Of a DNA stretch of 64,000 nucleotides, positions 25,220 to 38,154 are shown piece after piece. The notes under the pieces are model-generated. The model ran no database searches. It was not told the origin of the DNA and saw only the letters and a list, made by a program, of their open reading frames with translations. Within the stretch, counting starts at the first letter, position 1. Each line of letters starts with the position of its first letter. The position numbers and the translations under genes were made by a program. The stretch spans positions 152,892,001 to 152,956,000 of the forward strand of contig NC_042999.1 in NCBI RefSeq assembly GCF_006345805.1, given 5' to 3'. Source of the stretch: Octopus sinensis. Its lineage: Eukaryota.

Positions 25220-27174
25220 AGTTTCTTTATTGGCCACACAGGGCTGCACACAGCTGGGACAAATTACAAGGTAGAGCTTTCTTTTTGGGGGATGAAAAAA
25301 ACAAAAAACAAAAAACAAAAGAAACAAAAAAAAGGGATCATAAAAGGGAAAAAGCAAAAAAAAAGGAAAAGGAACAAAAGAAAAGAAAAATGAAAAAGAA
25401 GAAAAAAGGGGAAAAAAAAGGAGAAGAGGAAAAAAAACAAAAAAGAACGATCAATAGGGATCGTGTATCACAGTGTCATGATGTATGGTGTAAAGGGGAA
25501 AGCAGATAAGGTTTATCCGTGGGAAGAAAAGCCTACGGTAACCTCGGTCAATATTGTTATGTTACCACATTTGTTTGCAAGTGGGTAACCCTCTGTTTTC
25601 AATTTCTGGGTTCATAGGACTATGCTTAAGGTGGCTTCGTCATTCATACGTCCCATCCTTGCTACATTCACCCATCTTTTTTTAAAACGTTCGCTAGACA
25701 AAACTTGCCTCTCTGCTCTCACTTTCCTTTTCAAGTGGTACTTGAAGAAGTTGATGAGAGGTTGACCAGAGAGGAAAGTGTTTGTCTCCAATCCTTTCAG
25801 ACGCGTCCACCAGATACATTCTTTCGCCATAGCCACAAGGATGATGAAAATAGCTCTTCCTTCCCGTTTGAAGGAAGGAGGCGTGACAATATTGACGATA
25901 GACTCAGCTGATAAACCGACTCGTCCCACACGTGACAGCAGTTGTTCGACATAAGCCCACAGGTCGGAAATTGTTGGACACTGCACGAGTGCGTGCAGAA
26001 CGGTTTCGTCGCTCTGACCGCATCTCGGGCAGGTCGGCCCCGTATTTCTCGAGCCGTGTCTGTAGAGCTTATCCCGAACGGGTAGCGCTTCTCGGTAGCA
26101 CTGCCAGGCCAGGGATCTCTGGAAGTTGTCCATGGGCCCTGGCCCGAAAGTCGTCCCGAACAGGCGGGTCAGGTATTCCTCGTCGACGTCTAGGTTCGCC
26201 CCGAGCTCGTCGTCGTACCTCCCCTCCACTAATCCCCTATAAAATGCTTTGGTTGTGATGGAGTCACTGAAGGTTGACCCAGGACGGCAGAGTTGCTTGA
26301 GAGCAACGCGACACTCGCGGTGCCATTCACCCTTCCTCGGCCTCTTTTTGATCAACGATTGCAGTTCGGTCATGGAGACGAGCTGCGGGAAAGCGTGCCT
26401 CACAAACGGCGACCACACCTGTTCACTGTCGTCTACGAAGAACCTGAGATGTCGCAGTCTCAGCGCGTGTCTGCGCATCATCAACCACGTCCTCCTTTTA
26501 ACGGGTGTTGACAGCAAATGGATCGCCTGACCATCGGGGCACATCCTTTCCACAAGAAGCGAAAGGGAATGCGTTCTAGTTTGCTGATGGTTTGGTCGGG
26601 ACAAGGCACGACGGTCAGGCGGTAGTAGATGACGGACGCGATGTACGTGTTCGCCACCTCCGCCCGACCTTTTGGGGACAGTTTCCTCTCGGCCCATTGC
26701 CGGGCGAGAGTGACCACCCTACTCGTTATCTCGTTCCAGTCTTTTTCCATTTGGAGGTCCGGACCGAACCAGACCCCGAGCAACTCGACTGGACCGTCGG
26801 TCCAGCGTCCCACAACGGAGGCGCTGGTGGACGGCATGGGCTTGCTTCTCCAGGTGCCTAGTTGCAAGCCCACTGACTTTTCCCGGTTGATTTTTGCTCC
26901 TGTCACCGCTTCGTAGTCTTTCAGTGTCTCGCCGACCTGCTCGTTGTGCTCGTGGCTAGACACTATGACGGGGACGTCGTCCGCGTATGCAGACACGCTC
27001 GTCCCGCATCCCAGTTCTCGCGGGATGCCCCTCAGAGTTGCCAGCTTCCGCAATAGTGGCTCGAGAGTCAATACGTATAGAAGCGACGAGAGGGGGCATC
27101 CCTGACGGACCGAACGTGCAATGTCGAAAGGTCTCGATAGATGTCCATTTACGCGAATTACCGAATGGATGCCT
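25220..27174 (-). mobile_element. 5'-truncated Tx1/L1-clade LINE (RT C-half, zf-RVT, 3' UTR)
   Basis: RQGCPLSSLLYVLTLEPLL, SAYADDV, LPVRDKL..CPRCGQSDETVLHALVQCP; one frameshift near 26500; 3' end AATAAAGAAAC; (TATC)n directly at both junctions. Confidence 0.92.
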
Positions 27175-27209
<35 letters not shown>

Positions 27210-27238
27210 CGATAGATAGATAGAAAGATAGATAGATA

Positions 27239-27322
<84 letters not shown>
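27175..27322. repeat. (GATA)n array at the Tx1 5' junction
   Basis: Direct reading. Confidence 0.95.
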
Positions 27323-27323
<1 letters not shown>

Positions 27324-27664
27324 CACTTGAGGGCACGCTATACAAGTTCGTCCGATCACTATACTATTCGACCATGAAACTTAAAGTGGCTCACACATCC
27401 TGTGTTTCTTCAATGATGTGTATTAAAAATAATGTTAGGAAAGAAGTAGAATATTTATTTGGACTTCACGTTTTAAAGTTATTTAACTGTTGAAAATAAC
27501 ATTATACGTTAGTTACAATTGTCAATCATAGGATCATAAGTAATTTGCGAAAGCTATTTAATTTGTTTATAATTTTATCATTATATATGTTTCGTGTAAA
27601 AAGTGACATTACGCTGCGTGATCAAATTTGTAAATAATGCCACTCAGGTTTATAATTGATATAG

Positions 27665-27875
27665 TTACTCTTTTACTCTTTTATCCGTTTCAGTCATTTG
27701 ACTGAGGCCATGGCGGAGCACCGCCCTTATTCGAGCAAATAAGCATGACTTATTCTTTCTAAACCTGTACTTACTCTATCGGTCTCTTTTGCCGAACCGC
27801 TAAGTGACGGGGACATAAACACACCAGCTTCGGTTGTCAAGCGATGTTGAGGAGACAAAAACAGACACACAAATA

Positions 27876-27908
<33 letters not shown>

Positions 27909-27955
27909 CACACACACACATACACACACACATATATATATGCGACAGTTTCCGT
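27665..27955 (-). mobile_element. SINE-A right half
   Basis: Tail ACTCTTTTACTCTTTT and body homology. Confidence 0.75.
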
Positions 27956-28180
27956 CAGTACATCACGGTTCACCTATCTCGCATGCAGTACATCGCGGTC
28001 CGCCTATCGCACCTTCAGTACATTGCGGATTTTTCTAACTAACATATGTAAATTTATATCGCGGACTCCTCAGTATATTGCAGCTTTCTGCGGCCGACAA
28101 GTATTTATGTTTCTTTAGCTTTTAATTTTTTCTGTGGGAGGTTTTGGAACGTATCTCCCGCGATAGTCGAGGGATTACTG
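27955..28180. mobile_element. pogo/Tigger-type MITE end
   Basis: Right end reverse complement TA|CAGTAATCCCTCGACTATCGCGGG; four CAGTA(C/T)AT(C/T)(A/G)C(A/G)G subterminal repeats; left TIR not found. Confidence 0.55.
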
Positions 28181-28482
28181 TATGTGTCTATCGAAAAAGT
28201 GAGATATGAGAGAGAGAGAGAGAGAGAGAGACAACAGAAAGAGGATAAGGAAATGTAAAAGAATATAAATGATGGATTGAATGAAGGCTGTAACATCTGG
28301 AGAGAATCCAGTGGAAGAATAGATGAAATAAAAGCGAAGAATACAGAACGAAGACGATTTAATATAACACACAAAATAAATAAACAAAACAAGCAAGTAA
28401 CGATTGAATAATGGAAATGGAAGGGAAAAAAACGGAAGGGAAATGAACGAAGAGAGAGAGAGAGGAGTAAGAGAGAGGGGAG

Positions 28483-28852
28483 AGAAAGGGGAGAAGGAGA
28501 GAGAAAGGGGAGAAGGAGAGAGAAAGGGGAGAAGGAGAGAGAAAGGGGAGAAGGAGAGAGAAAGGGGAGAAGGAGAGAGAAAGGGGAGAAGGAGAGAGAA
28601 AGGGGAGAAGGAGAGAGAAAGGGGAGAAGGAGAGAGAAAGGGGAGAAGGAGAGAGAAAGGAAGAGAGGAGAGAGAGAGAAAGGGGAGAAGGAGAGAGAAA
28701 GGGGAGAAGGAGAGAGAAAGGGGAGAAGGAGAGAGAAAGGGGAGAAGGAGAGAGAAAGGGGAGAAGGAGAGAGAAAGGGGAGAAGGAGAGAGAAAGGGGA
28801 GAAGGAGAGAGAAAGGGGAGAAGGAGAGAGAAAGGGGAGAAGGAGAGAGAAA
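28483..28852. repeat. 19-bp all-purine minisatellite (GAAAGGGGAGAAGGAGAGA)n
   Basis: Period 19, about 19 nearly identical units; one variant stretch near 28655-28680. Confidence 0.9.
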
Positions 28853-29585
28853 TGGTATTTAAAGTGTGAAAATAGAATAAAGAAAAAGAAGAGGTAATAA
28901 TAATAATAAAGAGGCAAACAGACGATTCTTTCTGCATGGTGTTGACCATTGACTGGTAAGAGTGAATGAGTGAATGAGTGAATGAGTGAATGAGCGAATG
29001 AGCAAATCTATTGTTTGTCGGATATTTTTTTTTTTCATATATATATATACATATGGGTTTTTTTTTTTCGTTTTTTTTTTTTTTTTCCTTCCCACTTCAC
29101 TTGGCTGGAAATAGCAATTTAAAATTGGATATTAAAAGTAGCAGTTAGTCAGCTAAACAAAAGACAGTTACCCAAATATATCCGGACACGTTTTATGTCT
29201 TATTGTTAATTTTTTGTTTCATTTATTTACTTTTTTTCTTTTGGCAGGTTGAGACTCTTAAAGTTTCTTTGTGTAATCACGCATGCGTATCGTATATTTG
29301 TGTGTGTGTGTGTGTGTGTGTTTTAACTTTCTTACAAATCTCCTAACTACTTTTGTTTTCACGTTAATGTCCATATCTGAAATTGAATTTCAATTTTCTG
29401 TTATTTTCCGATGTAGCTCTCGGTAGTTTAATCTATCTTTGCATAAACAATATGGGTTCCAGATTTTAGCCGAGAGGCCAGCAGTTTTAAATAAGGCAAG
29501 TCAGGTGATTGCATTCATCAGAGTATTTGACTGGAACTTTATTTTATCAATCCCGAAAGTATGACAATCCATGAACGATTTAGTC

Positions 29586-29640
29586 CAGTGGTTTTCAACC
29601 AGGGTGCATATAGTTCTTCGGGGACCATGTAAATTTTTTA
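29586..29640 (+). mobile_element. Possible hAT-type MITE terminus
   Basis: Starts CAGTGGTTTTCAACC, resembling hAT TIR starts; no partner TIR found nearby. Confidence 0.3.
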
Positions 29641-29756
29641 AATTTAAATTTACCTACAATAAATCGGTTCTAATTCTGGCCATACACATGATATTTTAAC
29701 AATCTCCTTATATAATGATAAGGGTAGTGCTTTTATATATATATATATATATATAT

Positions 29757-30162
29757 ACTCTTTACTCTTTTACTTGTTTTAGTCATTTGACTGCGGCCAT
29801 GCTGGAGTACTGCCTTTAGTCGAGCAAATCGACCCCGAGACTTATCCTTTGTAAGCCCAGTACTTATTCTATCGGTCTCTTTTGCCGAACCGCTAGATGA
29901 CGGGGACGTAAACACACCAGCATCGGTTGTCAAGCAATGCTAGGGGGACAAACACAGACACACAAACATATACACACACACTTATATATATATATATAGA
30001 TATACGACAGGCTTCTTTCAGTTTCCGTCTACCAAGTCCACTCACAAGGCATTGGACAGCCCGGGGCCATAGCAGAAGACACTTGCCCAAGATGCCACGC
30101 AGTGGGACTGAACCCGGAACCATGTGGTTGGTTAGCAAGCTACTTACCACACAGCCACTCCT
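29757..30162 (-). mobile_element. SINE-A, complete
   Basis: End-to-end homology to 57021-57465. Confidence 0.85.
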
Positions 30163-30669
30163 ATATATATATTTAAATTGTCCAAAATCACAGAGTGGAA
30201 GTAGGACGGAGAACGAGTAAGTGTAATATAAGTGAAGGGAGAGGAAGGAAAATAGTAATTCAGTACAGGAGAAGTAGTGAGAGTAATAGCCCTGACAGAG
30301 AGGAAGTAATAGAAATCGAGAAAGGAAGGGATGATAGATGAATAAAGAAGGAAAGGGTGAATATATATGTGTGTATGTAAAAGGAAGGTATGTGAATGTG
30401 TGTGTGTGTGTGTGTGTGTGTGCAATAAAAGTGGGATGGTGAACATTCAACACTGAAAAGAAAAATCAAACAGCGTTTCAGCTCTGAGTATATTTGTGTG
30501 GTGTGTGTGTGTGTGTGTGGTATGTACAAGGGAAATATGTGAATGTTTGTATCTGATTATTATGTACCTTATTTATATATAAAATACTGCAATTAGGCGT
30601 CATTTTTGTCGGCACGGGGTCAGCTAGTCTTTTTTTTTTATAAAATTCCTAATAATATTTGATTTTAAA

Positions 30670-30880
30670 AAAGGCAGCGAGCTGGCAGAAACGTTAGCGC
30701 GCCGTGCGAAACGCTTAGCAGTATTTCGTCTGTCTTTGCGTTCTAAGTTCAAATTCCGCCGTAGTTGACTTTGCATTTTGGGGTCGGTAAATTAAGTACC
30801 AGTTGCGTACCTGGGTCGATCTAATCGACTGGCTCCCTCCCACCAAATTTCGGGCCTTGTACCTAGAGTAGAAAAGAATA
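30670..30880 (+). mobile_element. SINE-B, tail type ii
   Basis: Same head and core; tail GGGCCTTGTACCTAGAGTAGAAAAG. Confidence 0.8.
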
Positions 30881-30899
30881 TTTAATTACAAAAATGTTA

Positions 30900-31210
30900 T
30901 TTCACTTGTTTGAGTCATTTGACTGATGCCATGTTAGAGCACCGGATTTTTAGTCGAACAATTCGACCCAGGACTTATTCTTTGTAAGCCTAGTACTTAT
31001 TCCATCGGTCACTTTTCGCGAAACGCTAAGTTACGGGGACGTAAACACACCAACATTGGTTGTCAAGCGATGGTGGTGGAACAAGCACAGACATACAAAA
31101 CTACTTTTGTAAGTTTAGTACTTATTCTTTCGTTTATTTTTGCCAAACTGTTAAGTAACGGTAACGTAAACAAAACAATGCCGGTTGTCAAGCGGTGTGG
31201 AGAGGACAGA
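30900..31210 (-). mobile_element. SINE-A right-half fragments
   Basis: Homology to the family. Confidence 0.65.
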
Positions 31211-31224
31211 CACAACCTCAAAAT

Positions 31225-31336
31225 GGAACATACATACATACATACATGACATACATACATACATTACATACGTACATAATACCTACATACATACATACAT
31301 ACATACATGCCATGCATGCATACATATATACAGACA

Positions 31337-31368
<32 letters not shown>

Positions 31369-31631
31369 CATACAATACATACACACATACATACATACAT
31401 ACGTACATACATACATACAGACATACATACATGCATTACATCAATACATAGCATACATACATACGAACATACATACATACATACATATCATACACATACA
31501 TACGTACATACATACATACATACATAATACATACATACATACATACATTGCATACATACATACATACCTACATATAATACATACATACCCATACATACTA
31601 CATACCATACATACATACATACATACATACA

Positions 31632-31665
<34 letters not shown>
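31225..31665. repeat. (TACA)n array
   Basis: Direct reading. Confidence 0.95.
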
Positions 31666-32147
31666 CGTATGTACGTACATGCACACACTCCAGTAACTGA
31701 AAGTAGTAAGAGGGTAACAAAACAGGTTTTAGAACGGTATTGAGTGTATTCAGAGGATTTACGCATGCGCCATGCCTATCGAGAAATTGGCGTAGCAGTA
31801 CAGCCAACCTAATGATGAGCCATACCTCTGGGACCCGCTTCTCAAAAAGTTTACTCATGATTAGTTTACCGTAGAGCTCTAACCATAGGTACAATCATAC
31901 AGACCCATAAACAGGTTATGGTTTCGTTCCCCGCTGGGTCGCCATGATACACAGGCGTCTGTGCAAAAGTAAGTATACAGTTGCTTGAAAAGAGTAAAAT
32001 GTTTCTTCTATTTTTCTATTTTCTTTTTTCTAAAGATAAGACTTCTATAATTATATGTTTTTTATAACTTTCTGTAATTGTTCCCAGTGTCAGATAATGA
32101 TTACATTATTAAATTTGTTCATTGAGCAGTACTGGAAAACAGCGAAT

Positions 32148-32697
32148 CTTTTCTACTCTAGGCACAATGCTCGAAATTTTGGGGGAGGGAGCCAGTCGAT
32201 AAGATCGACTCCAGTACGCAATTGGTATTTAATTTATCGACACCGAAAGAATGAAAGGCAAAATTGACCTCGGCGGAATTTGAACTTAGAACGTAGCGGC
32301 AGACAACATATCTATTTCTTTAATACCCACAAGGGGCTAAACACAGAGAGGACAAACAAGGACAGACAAAGGGATTAAGTCAATTATATCGACCCCAGTG
32401 CGTAACTGGTACTTATTTAATCGACCCCGAAAGGATAAAAGGCAAAGTCGACCTCGGCGGAATTTGAACTTAGAACGTAAAGACAGACGAAATTCCTATT
32501 TCTTTACTACCTACAAGGGGCTATACACAAAAGGGCCAAACAAGGACAAACACACGGATTAAGTCGATATTATCGATCCCAGTGCGTGACTGGTATTTAT
32601 TTAATCGACCCCGAAAAGATGAAAGGCAAAGTCGACCTCGGCGGAATTTGAACTCAGAACATAACGGCAGACGAAATACGGCTTACTCGCCGCCTTA
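32148..32697 (-). mobile_element. SINE-B trimer with fixed junction
   Basis: Units of about 185 bp; junctions near 32311 and 32496. Confidence 0.85.
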
Positions 32698-32995
32698 CTG
32701 GAAAATAAAGAATGAAGAAATAGTTAGACGGAAATGGACTGAAGAATTTCAAAGACCAGCTCCGTCAAGATTAACAGTTTACAGAATACGTGACAAATTT
32801 TAGCAAACTGGGTACATCTGCAATGCACAGAAACGTGGTCGACCGGTCAGTATTAGCACTGAATAAAATGAAATGCTGATAGCTCAAGCATTCACTTAAA
32901 GTCCGCAGAAATCCCACCAAAGGGCTTTGAATGAACTAGGGATCTTCCGCAGATCCCTTTGTCGAATTTATGAATCGCTGCGGTTTAAAAAAGAA
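32695..32995 (+). pseudogene. 5' fragment of a Tc1/mariner-superfamily transposase (N-terminal HTH, DUF4817-like)
   Basis: YWKIKNEEIVRRKWTEEFQRPAPSRLTVYRIRDKF*QTGYICNAQKRGRPVS..AFT*SPQKSHQRALNELGIFRRSLCRI. Confidence 0.7.
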
Positions 32996-33607
32996 AGAGA
33001 GAAATGAAAACATTTCTGCTCATACTAAGCAAATGTATACCTACTTTTGCACCCGCCTGTATATACGTTTTTGCTATCATGCCTGAATAAATACTGCCTG
33101 TAAAAAACAGTAGATATATATATATATATATGTTAATAAAATAGAACATATGCATATATATAAAAATATATGTACGTACCTACCTCTACATGTACATATA
33201 CACGCATTATATGTGTACAGGACACCAAAAAGACGTCGTCGAACACATAGAGAGACGAAAAACATAGACACAAACCAAGGAACAGACAAGCAAAAAAGAG
33301 AGATAACAGGACCATAAGCACAACCGAAATCCCCTTCTTCAGTCGCTAAGGTTTCATCTACTAAACGTTTCGAAGGATATATATATATATATATATATGC
33401 GTTCATTTCTGAGAAACTCTGAGTAGCGCTTCATGCAGACCAATTTTGGAATAAAGATTATTCTGCTTAAGTTATCCGAATTCAGTTCATTTTTTCGTTT
33501 TATTGCAATTTACGCCATAGTCAACATAGAAACCTATATATCACGTCTCTCGCTTACTCCACACACACCCCGCTGCAAACACACACACACACACACACAC
33601 ATACATA

Positions 33608-33805
33608 TAGGGAGAGTGAGAAGGAGAGAGGAAGAGATGGACAGAGGGAAAGAGGAGAGAGTAATAGATACATACATTTATACATACATTCATACACACC
33701 AACACCACTACCTATAGGGAGAGTGAGAAGAGAGAGGAAGAGCATGGACAGAGGAAAGAGATAGAGTAATAGATACATACATTTATACATACATTCATAC
33801 ACACA
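33608..33805. repeat. Diverged ~110-bp tandem duplication
   Basis: TAGGGAGAGTGA..GAGTAATAGATACATACATTTATACATACATTCATACACAC occurs twice. Confidence 0.7.
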
Positions 33806-34326
33806 CAGACACACACACATTAACGCAATGCAGCGTGAATGCAATGAAGCATTTCCGCGTGACCAAGTATGCGTGTTACTCACCACGGGATATCTCAAAT
33901 TTAACCATCGAGGATCTTGTATAATTTACATATGTGAGTATGTGTGTGTGTTATTGTGTGTGTATGTGTGTGCGCGTGCGTGCGTTTGTATGTTCGTGTT
34001 TGGTATATTTGTGTCGTATAATTTGTGAATGTTCACGTGGGATTATTTTTTTTGTCTTTTTGGTAAACTTTATATATATTCAATTCATGGTCTTCTCTTT
34101 GTCCATATGTGCTTATAAATATATATACACATATACGCATATATATTTATCTCTCTCTCTCTCAATTATATATATATTATATATAATTATATATATATAT
34201 ATTATATATATATATACATATACAGATAGATATGTATATATACTTACACTAATACACATTATGCAAAATCTATCTACCTATTTATCTGTCTGTCTATCTA
34301 TATATATCTATCTATCTATCTATCTA

Positions 34327-34394
<68 letters not shown>

Positions 34395-35276
34395 CACCCA
34401 TTACACATACACTCACACACACATACGCACACACACATGTACACACACACACATGTACACACACACACAACACATATATACGCATGTATGTATGTATGTA
34501 TATGTATAGTTGGTAAAATGTGTCCGCTCACACTTCCTTTTGATACATTGTATAGGTTTCTAGTCAAGCGGCAAAAATAATCCCCAACCCCGACCTCAAC
34601 CACCAAAAAAAAAACAAAGGCAAATAACAATGATAAAATATAATAAAATAAAACGAGAAGGGAGACCAACTAATACAAACATACTTAAAAATGTGAAAAA
34701 TTATGAAAGAAAAAACGTAGCAGAAATAAAAATGGGTTTTTCTACTAAACCATTTCAATGAATCTTTAATAGAACAATACAAAAATCTGATACAGATCTC
34801 ATGAATGTAGGCCATATTATCGTATTAATGATTCAGAAAGTTTAATATTAAGAGCAGAAAGACAACACGCGAGGGAAAGAGAACTGATATGAACCACATC
34901 CGACATTTAATATCGTGTGTTGTCCTCAAGGGAAAATGAAACAAGATCATCAGTAATATGAGTATAGTTCGGCACCTATATTGCAGTATAAAAGCCGCTC
35001 ACTATGAAAAACTTCTGATCTGATCCCTATTGTTGTAAGATTCATTAGACAACAGAATAATCGTCGTCTTCTATTCGTCTTCTTCTTCTTCTTCTTCTGG
35101 TCGTCAATAACAAATATGGCAGATATGGTTATGGATTTTATAGTCTATGGTCAAATATTCTATATATTGTATTTGCTGTCGTTTACTTAGTTTGGTGATG
35201 TGTTAATGATTCTGTGAGAAATCATACATGTACAAGTATATGTAAATCCACACGTGTATCTGTATACATACATACA

Positions 35277-35331
<55 letters not shown>

Positions 35332-35442
35332 CATATAAACACATACACACACATATATATATATACATATACATATACACACACAGATATAGATAGCTAA
35401 ATATAGATTATAGATTTATATATATATATATTATATATATAT

Positions 35443-35475
<33 letters not shown>

Positions 35476-35899
35476 GCTTACACACACACAAAAACACATG
35501 CAAACACCACACAATTGATAATAAGGAGAACGAAGAATTTGAACATTCAAACTTGTATATTTCCAGTTAGTTCATTCATAATAAAAGTCCGACACGTGTT
35601 TCTATCGCACAACTAGAAATAGACATAAAGTTTGAATGTTCAAATTCTTTATTCTCCTTCTTATAAATATTGTACTATACAATCTGTGTAGCAAAGAAAT
35701 ATACTGTATCATCAGATGGGAGATGAAGGAAGTTTACCATAAAACGCAATATCTGAAGGAACTAGCCTTCACATTTTACATAGAGAAATTCAGTATGCGC
35801 CTGGATATTACATCCCTCCTCTTATTTTATATATACATATACATACATACATATATATATATATACAAAAATTTATATATATATGTATGTATGTATATA

Positions 35900-37151
35900 T
35901 CAGGCCATCTTATAAATTCTGTCCGAATTTTGAATATCGAAAACAGGTGATCAAATGTTATATCTAATTGAAATTTAATCATCAATGTACGTTCGCTGAT
36001 TATCTATGACTTCCTTCCATCTATTTATAAGCTTTTTAATCCCATCAATGTAAAACTCTTTTGGTCTTTTGGTTTCAAAGCTAAGAACTCCGAAATGTCA
36101 GTTTCGACCTCTTTCTGGCTTGCCAAAGTTATGTCCCCCAAATGATTCTGTAAACTACGAAACAAATGGTAGTCTGAAGGAACAAGGTCGGAAGAATAAG
36201 GTGGATGAGAATTTTTTTCCCAACCAAGTTCTTCGATCTTCAGTGATGTGATCTTTGCATGTGGGGTCACGCATTGTCTTTTTCGATTCACTAAAGCGGG
36301 TCTTTTCTTCTTCAAAGCTTGGTTCAAACGCTCTAATTGCAGACAGTAGACTTGAGCATTGATTGTTGCATTAGGAGATAACAATTCAAAGTGAGTTACT
36401 CCTTTGCAATCCCACCAGATAGAGAGAAGAACCTTATTCTCATGAAATTCTCTTCTCGGTTGTGGTTGAGCGTTTTTCCCCTTTTACCAATCCACTGTTT
36501 ACGACGTTTAGCATTTCGATAAAAGATCCATTTTTCGTCACCAGTCACAAGTCTATTCAAAAACGGTGATACGAGTTCGCGAGAGTGAATGAAGAGAAGA
36601 GCAGATGTCAACTCGGGATTTGCAGTTGCTTTCGGACAATTCATGAGGAACCCATTTTCCAAGTTTAGGAACCTTTCCAAGTTGTTGAAGATAACGATAA
36701 AAGTTGCATAGTTTGAAGTAAGCCTTATTGCCAATTCTTCAACTGATAATGCAGGATTTTCTTCAAGTAATGCCTCAAGGAGCTTATCATCAAACTCAAC
36801 TGGACATCCTGTTCGATTTTCATCTTCAAGGCTGAAATCTCCACTTCTGAATTTTGCAAACCATTTTCTTCAAGTTCTTTCATTCAAGCATTCTTTCCCA
36901 TAAACTGAGTGTATGTTTCGAGTCGCATCGGCTGCAGAGTTTCCTTTTTTATACTCATAAAACATTATGTGCCTGAAATGCTCTTTGGATACTTCCATGT
37001 TAGAAAGGGTTTTAATCAAAGAAATTTTGATCTTATTATTCTGTAAAATAATATTTAATTACTTTAAATGTACACAAACGCATAAAAATAATTTTAAATT
37101 CCATTCAATTTTAAAAAAGGTAAATCGGACAGAACCTATAGGATAACCTGA
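35900..37151 (-). mobile_element. Full-length decayed mariner (D,D34D-type) DNA transposon
   Basis: Imperfect ~30-bp TIRs (TCAGGCCATCTTATAAATTCTGTCCGA / TCGGACAGAACCTATAGGATAACCTGA) flanked by TA; 1252 bp. Confidence 0.92.
36025..36998 (-). pseudogene. Mariner transposase pseudogene
   Basis: ATG at 36998 (MEVSKEHFRHIMFYEYKKG..); motifs WFAKFRSGDFSLED, LVTGDEKWIFY, HPPYSSDLVPSDYHLFRSLQ; stops, frameshifts and loss of the second-Asp (DNA-x-PH) segment. Confidence 0.9.
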
Positions 37152-37159
37152 TATATATA

Positions 37160-37192
<33 letters not shown>

Positions 37193-37340
37193 ATAATATA
37201 TATAGATATATATATATATATATACACGCGCATATATAAGATATCTACATATAATTACGTATGCATAGAGATATGAGCTGGTGCACGCGTACGAGTGTTT
37301 GCGTTTATGTGTGGGCGTGTGTATGAGCGTGTATATATAT

Positions 37341-37371
<31 letters not shown>

Positions 37372-37939
37372 GTAGATATGTTGTAATACATATGCATACG
37401 CGCACATGAATATTTACACGCACACACACTCAAAAACACATGCACATACACACACGTGTTTTTATTAACATATTTATGCACTGAAATATTCACATGTGAA
37501 TCTTTCTGCGTCTGCGTGTGACTGTATGTGTGTGTGTGTGTGTGTGACTATGTGTGTGTGTGCATGCATGTGTGTGCGCGTGTGTGTGTGTTTCTTTAAA
37601 TACGATCAGCTGCACTGAGATGCCTGAATAGTGATAAATGTGTGTCGAAAAGCAATGATAAAAAAAATACAAAAACATTAAATACGTGGAGGGAGTGGAA
37701 TGACAACTGCAGAAAGAGTTCTTCAAACAATAATTAGATATTCGAAACCATTTTTCTTTGATATGATACTGGATGGGTTATAGTATTTGTTTCACTGGAA
37801 CCAATGATTGGTAACCATTCTTTACGTATAGAACCGTTTGACTCCTACTTAACTCGCGTGGACCCTCGTAAACATTCGATGTTTATAAGGAACCTCATTT
37901 TATATTTCTAATTAAATACTATTAGGATTGTATTCTTTT

Positions 37940-38111
37940 ATTCTTCTATGTGTTTACTTGTTTCAGTCATTTGGCAGCGGCCATGCTGGAGCACCGCCTT
38001 TAGTCGAGCAAATTGACCCCCCAGAACGGGGACGTAAACGCACCAGCATCGTTGTCAATGTTGGGGGGACAAACGCACACACACACGCACAATTCACACA
38101 CACACACACAC

Positions 38112-38154
<43 letters not shown>

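Noticed and set aside
26956-27359. SIYL-repeat N-terminus on the Tx1 RT ORF (26481..27359)
   Set aside because: It is the flanking (TATC)n target array read in frame, not part of the protein
28404-28949. Charged or Ser/Leu/Pro repeat ORFs
   Set aside because: Translations of the 19-bp minisatellite
32148-32697. Regularly spaced repeats resembling a CRISPR array
   Set aside because: Units are ~185-bp SINE copies with no unique spacers; eukaryotic context and no cas genes
33330-33376. CCTTCGAAACGTTTAGT followed by CTGAAGAAGGGG on the minus strand
   Set aside because: Hammerhead half-motifs are in an order needing a type II fold, but helix I does not pair; at most a remnant
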